Shown here piece by piece: positions 51,196 to 62,300 of a DNA stretch of 64,000 nt (position 1 is its first letter; each line of letters starts with the position of its first letter). Both the position numbers and the translations under genes were made by a program. The notes under the pieces are model-generated. The model was not told the origin of the DNA and did not search any database. It was given only the letters and a program-made list of their open reading frames with translations. The stretch is taken from contig LWCA01000048.1 in assembly GCA_001642005.1 (NCBI GenBank), forward strand, positions 1-64,000, in the 5' to 3' direction. This DNA comes from Intoshia linei. Its lineage: Eukaryota > Animalia > Orthonectida.

Positions 51196-53823
51196 ATGGA
51201 AGATTTATTAAAAATTGTGAATGAAAAAACGAAAGAATTGAAAAAAATTAAAAAATCAGTAAATATAAATGTATATTACTTTAAAAAATATATAAGGAAT
51301 ACGGTGCCAAGACAGTTAGATTATCAAATCTTAAGGTAGAAAAATAAACCAACAAATGTAAACTGGTTAATTTTTATAGAGAAAGGCAGAAGAAAATGAA
51401 ATAAAAGAAAAATCCCACGGAAAGTACGATAATTATAAAAAAGATAAAAATTCGACTGATCAAATAATTGGCAAAGTACCTGGACCCAGAGAAGTAATAA
51501 ATTGATTGATAAATTTAATTGGTTAGTTATATTTACGACTTCGTGAAAGGGATGAACCTATAATTTTATTTGGAGAAACAAGTCGAGAAAGTTATCAGAG
51601 ATTGTTAAATTTGGAAAGTAAAAATAGCGATAATATTGGTGTAATTTATTTATAAATTTTTTATAAAAATTTGTAGGGTTATTCAAATGACATGAGAAAG
51701 GCTATGCAACAGGTAAGTGAACAAAATATGCAAACGTTATTGGGTACTAAACCAGATGACTCGTTCAATGAAAGTATTTCTGTTGATAAAGTAACAAAAA
51801 ATCAATTTCTCATTGAGGCTGAATCTGTAAAAATATCAGATATCCAGGTAATTTTAATTTATCAAACTAAAATTTTGAGTAAATTATAATATTGTACATT
51901 TAGAAAATCATATCTTCTCCTAATATAAATAAGGTGAAGCGCAATGAGGCAATTTATCTATTTTGTTTAGTAATTATTTCAAAGTTATGGTTTATCAATG
52001 ATAAATTATCATAGTCTGATATCTACTATTGTAGGGAATATCTAGGTCCAAATTACATGAGATGTTTATAAATAACCTTTAAAAAAACTGCATATACCAA
52101 AAAATTAATTTAAAACTTTATAACTCTTCCGCACATACCCAACGGTCGTCAATTAAAATATATTTCGTATACGCGTATCCATTTCAGGGCTCTAATTATA
52201 ATTCTTATTTCTTTTATTTTATTATATTTGTAGTATATTATAAAATTATGGGACCAAAGTCTTATCAAACAAGAAAATTTAAAACAAGACACATTTACTG
52301 AAGAAAAAGATGTTCGAATCAATAGGATTTTATTTAGACAAACATTTACATATATTGAACCGTTGCTCAGAATGCTTAAAAATAGAGTTTGCATTTTGGG
52401 AATAATAAAATCATGATTTATTTCAGTGTACTGTGATACATGGCTGTTTGAGCCACCCAGGATCTTGGAGAGTTATGAGTAGGCCCTATAAAAAATTTTT
52501 AAGAAATGGGACATCTATACATTGCTAAATCGGTCGTTCATTATTTAAAAATTAAAAATAATCGTTGGAAATTGCATAGAACATTTTATTATACGATAAT
52601 TTTGATATACTGAAAAAATTAAAAAAGTGAGCTCTTCAATGAGGAGTCCTTATGATTGTAGGACCGGGCCATATGACCCCTAGGCACTCTCCACGACCCT
52701 GGAGCTATCCTAGTACAATTTATATTGTGAATGGATATATTCGATAAAATTGATGATTTAATAAATTGTTTTTGACAGTTATTATTCAATAATCACTGAT
52801 GTAAATTTAATTTTTGTACTTTAATGCTCGAAGTAAAATAGTTTAAATACTTTTTAAGGTGTTCTGTGGATTTAAAAACCTTCATGAGCAATTTATCGAC
52901 CAGTGGTTACGACTAAACCACTGATTTAATTGATTGATTGAAAAATAAAAATATATCCAATTTTTAGAACACACCAACTGATATATGCGAATCTTTATTT
53001 GAGATTATTTTTAATTGCGTAAATAGAGACTATATTAAGGTGATTTTTTAAATTTATATCCAACGTCAATGTGAGCGTTACTAAATTATTTGTGAATCGA
53101 CAAACAAGCAGTGAATAGATCTGATTTAGTCCAGGAAATACGATATTTAGCATTTTGACCCTATTATCCCCATGTATATTTTACAGATAGACTCATTGAT
53201 GATGTTTGATTTGAACGGGCGGTATCGTCGAAAATTTAAACCAATGGTTCCCGATTCAAATAGTGTACAGATCACATTTTAAAATATTTATGAAAAAATT
53301 AAAGGTTTTTTCTTAACCCGATTTGGTGAAATCGTGTTTTTACTAAAAATATTGGAAAAAGGAGATTTTCCCCTTAAAGGTTGGTAAAATGGTATTTTTA
53401 TTTTCTGGTTCGATTAAGTGGAATTTTTGTCAATTATTTGTTGAAAAGTTTTATATTGCTGGTACCGGTGCCAGCAAAATGTTACTGTTACCAGCATTTG
53501 TTAAATTGTTATCCAGCTCGTATAAATTAATTTTATATAAGGCTTACGATTCATACGTTCAAATGGCAATCGGTAATGCTCCGTGGCCTATTGGAGTCAC
53601 TATGGTTGGCATACACGCTAGAAAAGGCAGAGAAAAAATTAATGCCAGAAATGTGGCTCACGTGTTGAACAATGAACAACAAAGAAAATACATTCAAGTA
53701 TAGTCAATTATTAAATGTTAGCTATACCTTTTTTAGGCTCTTAAAAGATTAATGACAAAATGTCAACATTTTATGCCAACCGATCCCTCCAAAAGCAATG
53801 AATATCATTCAACTGTACAATAA
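51196..53823 (+). CDS. PRPF18: Pre-mRNA splicing factor 18
   Basis: [15 protein letters not shown] motif and [57 protein letters not shown]. Confidence 0.96.
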
Positions 53824-54462
53824 ATGTAAATATATTTATTAATTAATAAACTTCTAAATTATTAAAATTTGGAATTTTATTTTGTAAATCTGTCATTTTC
53901 AACACACGTGTTAAAAATGGAGGAGCCACATAAAATATAAATCTAGGGTGTATAATAATTTTTGGAAAGGAAAAATTAAAAAAAATTTCTGTATTCAGTA
54001 CAATCTGTTTATAATAAGAGCCGCGGATAAAATCAAATATCAAACGGACGTGTCAAAAGGTTGATAACCATTGACGTATAAATAATTTCAGCAAAAATTG
54101 AGTAAATTAATTAAATAGTCAATACATTTGTAGTATTTGATAATTCATTTTTATTTTCAAATACGAAGAGTCGATCGTTTCATCTGAATAAAAATGGACT
54201 GTTTTGAATTGGAAAGTCGTATCGAATATACCATAGCTTTCTTAATATGGGCGTCGAATATTTAATTTATCTCAGTAAGCCGCCTTCTCATAATCTTAAA
54301 TTAAGGAATAATTATAAAAATAATATCTTGGTATAATTTAGTAGTAATAAAAATTTTAAATTTTAATTTTGCTTAACATAAAGATAAAACGATATTAATT
54401 AAATAAATAGCCCTACACCTATGTATGTATTAAATATATTATTTACAAGTGTTTAATGATAA

Positions 54463-55340
54463 TTATAAGCTTACAAAGTTTTCTATATTTCCGTGAACTC
54501 GTATTCGGTAAATACACATCCTGTGACTACCATAATTTTCAATAAATTCAATTTTAATGAATTGTGCCATACTAGGAGTCTAAATTGTAATTATACTTTA
54601 AAATTCAACAAAATTACATAAACAGGAAATAATTGTATTTCGGAACAATTAATTTCATAATGAAATGATCCAATTTTTATATAATCATCAATGTAATTGA
54701 GTTTACTCTAAAATGCAAAAAGTATAACAATGTAATGTATTAATTACGTAAACGTATCCAAATTTTGGAGCAGTAGTGCGATTATTTTGTCTGACAAGTA
54801 ATTTTGAACTGTGTTCAATACTGATACTCACCACCTCAACTTTTTCAGAAATGGAAATTTCAACAAAAGCATCTTTAGCAACAGTAATCCAACAATTTCC
54901 CGGCTCGACTTTATTCTATAAACGAAATTATACAAATAAAAGCATATAAACATTTAATATTAGAGACGGTGGTTTTTTTGAACAAAAACTTTTACTACTA
55001 TCTATTATGTTTCCACCTATAATAAATTTATCAAACATAAATTTAAAATAACCTCTTGATTTTAAAGCGTAATCAGGCATTCCCAAGTCATGTTTAAAAT
55101 TGATGTATACGTCGTTGTTACATATTGTTGAATATTCAGAAATTTCATAAGTCTAAAAAAATAAACAAGCTGTTGATAGTTTTTACATTTCTTTGATGTA
55201 AAAAGTCCGACAATGTTATATTTTGAATATTTTGGCGATTAGATAATATATATAACAATATAAATAAAAATATAACAAAATATTTGAACCTAAAAATTAA
55301 ATGCAAATTTTAAAATATTTTAAAAATACTTATAAAACAT
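54463..55340 (-). CDS. Minimal SUN-domain nuclear envelope protein, 217 aa, 7 exons
   Basis: Exons 55340-55330, 55289-55187, 55152-55053, 55016-54952, 54915-54748, 54707-54618, 54579-54463 total 654 nt in frame. N-terminal TM, then PDYALKSRGG, PGNCW, SIEH, TAPK, NYGSHRMCIYRIRVHG. Confidence 0.93.
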
Positions 55341-57107
55341 TATTTGTCCGAGTTGATGTATACTAATGACTACAATATATGGGGTACTACCTATTTTCTT
55401 AATTACTAAATATATACTGTATATAACAATATTATAAAGTATATAGGGTCTTTCCACCTTTTAAAAATTGGACAGCCAACTTTTAGAATTATCAAAAATT
55501 TAAATTTAACGCCAACATTGTCAGAATTACACCGGGACATGAAAAATATAATATGGATGTAAATTTAATTTTTTAGTTAAAACTAAATAACCGTTTAGTT
55601 TAAAATTAAGCATGATGGTTGTAGGACCCTAGCCATTATTACACGGTGCTGTTAATAGCCAAACTGCTTATTTTAAGTTACAAAATCGGAAATTGTCACT
55701 CACAAACTTCAATCTGTATTTAGAAAGCCGTAATTGTGTCATATTTATGCAACCACAATCAACAAATCCCTACATTCGCCATATCTTGAAGGGTGGAATG
55801 ACAGACATAACAAATAATTTAAATTTTTACAATTTGTTAAAAATAACATTACCATTATTTTGCATCTTGGTTTTGATTATGTTCTAAAATTTGTTTTATA
55901 TTAAATTAATACTAAAAAATAAAATTGAACAATGACATTATTAATTAATTTACGAAAATAAAAATACAGTATTGAATACTGTAAATTTTATTTTATGACC
56001 TATTAATAAAATCTTTGAATCGGTTACTCTTTAAAATTCAAAATAAAGAACACCATAATTCACAAATGCCTGATTTTCTAAATGCACATTAGAGATTTGA
56101 GATCGTAGATTCAACTTTATAAACATTGTAATAAAGTGTCATATAATTCTATTGACTAAATTGATAGTTAAAATTTACAAATTGAAAAATAATGAATATG
56201 ACATATTTTTATGTGAAGGCCGCACCTGGCAATAAGACCGTACGTTCTCCACCCCTGGACTAGACTGAATAAGAAAACAAGATAAACTGTTTACAAATCA
56301 GAGGAACTAAAGTTATAAGAAAACGTATTGCACAACAATCTATTAATCAAAAAAATTATAAAAATGATGTAGATAATACAATATTAAAATAATACAATGT
56401 AACTTGCTATGTGTCTCACACAGATACCCAAAACGAAACAAATATTATTTTTCAAAAAAAATACATGGATATTAAGTCATAATTCACCATTATTTTAACT
56501 GAGTTTTGTTTAAGAAAAAGGTAAATATGAATCACAAATCTAGTTTAAATTATACCCTTTAAAAAAAAGTTGTGATTAATAAAAAACGACTTTTTGAATA
56601 TAATATTGAATAGAGAATTTACTATTTCGGTTATTTCTTTTAGGTAGTGGTTGGTTTTAATTTGTTCCATCTTTTTATTTATTAACATTGATTTGCAAAT
56701 ATTTCAGTTATATGATACTTTTCGAATTAATTTATTTTAATATTTTGTATTTCAATTTAAAAACATTGCATTAAACTTTATTAATTAATTTATGTACATT
56801 CAATATTCTGATTGTCAATAATTAATTAATTGCGTATAAATAATTGTTGTGTCGCAAAACAGCGACATTTAAGAATTTACTCAAAAATTTATGATCTCTT
56901 TTTCCTCTACTCTTCCTTAGTACTTTTCTATCAACCAAATTTCAGCGGCATCCACTGTATTGAAGCTTATTAACAATATACGTAAAATAATAATGGACTT
57001 CTAGTTAAATCCAACCATTTTTACTAAAAATCAAAATTTACCCACTCTAAACAAATCCAATTTTATCGAATTGTAGATCCTTACTAAGGATCTACTATAT
57101 ACTAAAA

Positions 57108-57975
57108 TCCTCACTTATATAATATGCTATAATATAATATATATTTGTTGGTGTGTGTGTGTTACCATTTATGTCAATAACTACTAGTATTAAAATTTTA
57201 TAAAGTCCACATTTCAATAACGGTTTTTCTGGGGTTGTTGGCAAAATTTCAACCTCCCAACCTCACATTTTTCAGGTCAAAAAGCCCAATTATCCTTTTT
57301 TTTTAAAAATCAAACGAGTTAAAGAATTTTAAAAAATATATACTCTGATACGGATTTTAAAATCATAAATATTATTATAAATTTAAACTTAAAAAAAATA
57401 TATATTCAGGGCCAAAACCACAAATTACTCTTTTTTTTATGAAAACAGCCCTAGAATTTAAAAAAATTACAAGTGATACAGTTGTATCCTGTTAACAAAC
57501 ACAAAAAATTTCAATTTGAATAAGTGACGCCTTCATGGTCAAAAAAGCATTTTAATATTCATATATTTCTTTTCCGAAATATTTTATTAAAACAAAAAAT
57601 GAGAAATAATTAACGTGTAACGATTGGCAGATAAGAACTCTGATAAGTTCATCTTATATAAAAAGACGTCAAACCTCGATTCGAACCTAGTCACGAAAAA
57701 TACAATTACATGACTATAACCACTCTACTAGTTAAACATCAGAAGTGAGTTATAACAAAAGTATATATTCAAATCTCGATTAGTATGATAGCGATATGTC
57801 ACTACGTAACGGTCCGAAAATTAAAAAAATAAGATTATTCTGATAAGCTTATTCCAGTTAATATAAATACAATATTTCAACCTCGGAAATCAACGTATTC
57901 CCGGTGAAAAATAATTTTTAATATATTATAACCCAATATTTTTCAAATATTTCGATTAAAATAAAAATTTAAAAA
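57108..57975 (+). mobile_element. Helitron family copy interrupted by a 191-bp insertion
   Basis: A|TCCTCACTTATATAATATG start; body collinear with the other copies on both sides of 57616-57806. Confidence 0.8.
57616..57806 (-). mobile_element. Solo-LTR-like insertion carrying a tRNA-like sequence
   Basis: 5-bp TSD TAACG (57611-57615 and 57807-57811); ends TGTAAC...CACTACG; minus-strand A box TAGTAGAGTGG and B box GGTTCGAATC. Confidence 0.65.
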
Positions 57976-59373
57976 TCAATTTTTTTGTTTTATTTGAAAC
58001 TTGACATTTTGGTCATTTATCTGTAGAGTAAGACGTAAATCTAAAAAATACATATCTCGTGTATAATAATATATCCTGCATTGTTACGTTAATCTGTACT
58101 GTATACTGTACGACTTATCCATGAGATGTGTACATTCTACGACTTGCCCGTGGAATGTGTACATTTCACAGTTGTACACATTCTATGCAACATATATAAC
58201 CGTGTTAATTTATTTCTGTGATACATTAAATGTGCTATAATTATGAAACTACAGGCGTTAAAAGGAGATTTTAATATAGTTATTAAGTTGAATCTTAAGT
58301 TGAAATTATCAAGTTGAATTTTTGAAGGTCAATTTGACGAAGAAATTTGATAATTAAAAAAGTTAAAAATCACTGATATTAATTACATTGTATTAAATTT
58401 GTACGGTTCAGCGTATTAGTGTTTTTTGGCAGTTCAATCGCTCAATTTCTCAAAATTTGGGCTAAGTCTTACATATATTGTATATGTTGCATAAACTGAG
58501 CAAATGTAAACCTTAGATTTCAAACATAAACGTGTCATATATTAATATTACTATGAAAAATTATGTCGATTATTGTATATTCTCATATTTTGAATAATTG
58601 TGTTTAAAAATTAATGTGATTATTATTTAACACTGAAGTCCAATGTACAATTTTAAAATATTTAAAGTAATATAAAAAATTACCCGTTTTATCCAAATTT
58701 TACAATTAATTTTGTTATCCTTATCTATTATAAATTGCGCCGCATTATGTATTTATGAATAGAGTATGTATCATGGTAATCTATGGCGCAAAAATTTGCA
58801 ATTCAAAGTTTGAATTTCAAACAGGTAATATTGATAATAAACATGGTTCTTGAAATATTTAACTACAAAATGGGCACTGCCATTGTGCAGTTCTCAACGA
58901 TTTTTTAGCAACATGGGTTAATCAACAGATAACTTGACAAATTACTGTACCTACTAAACGCAAGACGATTACACACTGTATTATACAATGTACAGTGACA
59001 CTTGTGGACAGAATTACAGAATATAGAAATGGTATTTTTCATTAAATTTATGGGGCAAATTTCTTTCATTGGTTCAATTTTAATGAAAGTAAAATTTATT
59101 TTTGGAACAGGACCATTTGTTTGTAAATGATACGATTCCAAATATGTCCAACAAACCATTTTAAAAATTTATGTATGCCTTATCTGTTTACTTAAAAGTT
59201 TATTTAAATATATTAATCTAAAATGAAATCAGACTGCAAAGAAGATACATCAAGTACCAATTCTGAGAGTACGTATCTATATCAAAGATATATGAAAAGA
59301 ATATTCCCTTGTGACTATAAAAAGGAACAATTGTAATCTGAAAAATTAATATCAAATGAAAAAATAATTAAAA

Positions 59374-62300
59374 ATGAATAAATTTAGAAATCTTAATGTC
59401 AAATTTATAAAACGTTTATGTTTAGCATTTCGTTTAGTGATGAACAGGAGAATAATGTTTATTATTGTTGCTTGTATAATTGTTGGATTCTATTGTAATT
59501 TTAAAGCATTTACTTTTTTATACATCAATGTCTTCTAGCTGAAGGAGTTCAGTATTTTGCTGGTAAATTATCAAGTCAATTTTATCAACTTTTACTTGAA
59601 CGTGAACCTGCTCGAAATTTTGTGTTACTCGTTTTAAAGGGACTGTTTATTGTCATAATTACTGCTTTTGTATTATTATTTTTTTATAAATATAATTTAT
59701 ACTTTAAAAAAAGACAATATCAGTTAAAGACGCTTTAAAGAGTGTACTCCACATTTATATAAGAAATGACCTTACCCAAAAGATACAAGACAAATATTTA
59801 ACCAACAAATCTATTTATTTAATAAATTCTCAATTAATTAATCATGAAATTGATAACCCGTAATTTTAAAAATTAATATATTAAAATTTTATAGGGATGA
59901 ACGAATTACTAAAGAAATTAATAATGCAGCAGAAACTATTTCCTCATTAATTCCAATTTTTATTATTCAACCATTTTCAATTGTATATTATGCATACATT
60001 AATACTATGAGGTATTTAATTTACAATAATCATTTTTAAAAATATTGATTTATATTGTATCGATAATTTAACATACTTTATTATATACTAGATTGACTGT
60101 TATGTACTACGTACAAACAGCACCTAGCTCTGCAGAAGGAACATTTTTATTATTATTCTACCAAAAAAATCAATTCATGTTGAAAATCTAACTTAAAAAT
60201 CCTACTATTTATTATTATCAATCCTTTAAAGGAGTGGTTCCCAAACTTGTTTCAGATGGAATCGTCATATCACATTACTTTTTTTTTTAAAGTGAATTAT
60301 TTTATCTTAATTTTTTGTTTGTTAACATTTGCGTAAAGAATTTTTAAAACAATTGTTATCCCATTTTTTTAATTTATTAGACAGAATGTGTGTATAATAT
60401 TAAAAATAAAGTAAAAACAGTCCAATCCTAAAAATTGTCATAAATTCTAGAAAAAATATAATTATAAAAACCTATTTTGTCATTTTCAAAATGATGATAT
60501 ATATTTAGTAACAATTGCATAAATACTTAAAAATACCAATTATGTATCAATAATTAACGGAATCTTCACTTTATAAATATATTTTATTCGAATTTTACCA
60601 ATATTGCAAAGGATTGTAATAAATACAAAAATGATAATAACAAAGATGTATTACTTTTAGTAATCGTTGTTGTAGTTTTAATTTAAATTTTATATAAAGT
60701 GTTTTGAAAATGAGAATTTGAAATTTAAAAATTGTGTAGCAATGACGTTCAATGCACATTTGTTTTGAAATTGTAAGATCAATATTTACATTTTCAATTT
60801 TTATTTTAATCGAAATATTTGAAAAATATTGGTTGAATATATTATAAAATTATTTTATACCGGGAATGCGTATATTTTTGGGGTTGAAATTTTGTATTTA
60901 TATCAACTAGAATAAGCTCTATCAGAATAATCTCTTTTTTTTTTAATTTTCGGATTGTTAATTATTTCACATTTTTTGTTTTATTAAAATGTTTCGGAAA
61001 AAAATATATGAATACTAAAATGCTTTTTTGACCGTGAAGGCGTCACTTATTCAGATTTAAATTTATCTTACTAAAACCCACAAAAAACTGTAATATAAAT
61101 GTGGACTTTAAAAGATTCTAATACTGGTAGTTATTGAAATAAATGATAACACACACAGACAAACAAAGCATATTATATAAGTAAGGATTATATACATTTT
61201 AAAATTAGCAACGGAATCGTAATAACTTCAATTATTTTCTGTTACTCAGTCGTATGTTTACTTTTATCAAAATGGATGATGAACTCAATTTCAATATATA
61301 CCAATAAATATGAAAAAGAAGAATCCATATTTAGGTATATTCAAAATTTTTTTAATTTATTTCATTTGACATTTCAATTTTATATGCTATTTTATAATTT
61401 AATTTGTATTTGTACAATAAGTATTATTCGCATATATTCATATTATTATGTGCATTATTATTAAATTTCAAATTAATTTTAGAAATGATCACATGAATGT
61501 AAAAAGTCGGTTTGAGCAAATTGTTTTTTTACGTGGTTCATGCAGAGAACTTGATATTTGCAATACTTCGTTAAATGCAGTTTTATACAGACAGGAATCG
61601 CTAAAACTTAGAATGTTTTTATTGTTTTGTAATTTATTTATACCTCCATATACATGTATATTAATATTTATACATAGTGTATATATTATATATTATAATA
61701 TATTATATTATCTTATATTATATATTTATAATATACCTTTATATATTAAATAATAATTTTTAATAAAATTTCAACTAAATGATTTAACATAATTAATGTT
61801 TAAATTAATAATATTACATTTGTTAACCTCTTTTATAATTAGTTTGTATATCTTGTTATTAATTTACATTTTTATATAGGGTTCAACACGACGTGTTCAT
61901 ATATTGGGAGTTTACTCAATTACATAATTATTGGCTACTCAATATATGGTTTAAATATGTACAGCAATGTGTCAAATAGTAAAATCGCTTCTGATATTAG
62001 CTATGTAATGTATTATAAAATATGATTAATTGTATTCATAATTGAGTCAGTGTAACCCAAATCTTTTTGCGGCAGAATTTTGAATATATAGATCCCATGA
62101 ACGATAAAATAAATCATAAATTGTAAATGCGGTGAATATTGAAGTTTCATTTGATTCACGATATTACTCTGCAACCAATAGAAATCAAAATTTGCATGGA
62201 CCCAAATAGGTTCCTTATACACAGGGGTTCGTAAGGGACGAATTAGATACCCTGACGTAAATATTACTTACTATTTAGCTATCATTCATGCTTTTGATGC

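Noticed and set aside
57666-57737. Functional tRNA gene
   Set aside because: Anticodon and T stems do not pair properly, and it lies inside a TSD-flanked insertion.
61640-61800. Tyr/Ile-rich ORF tail
   Set aside because: AT-only low-complexity intron sequence of ABCD4.
62013-62222. Nested gene in ABCD4 intron
   Set aside because: Lies mostly within a CAG..CTG-bounded MITE-like segment (about 62047-62254); no splice or domain support.
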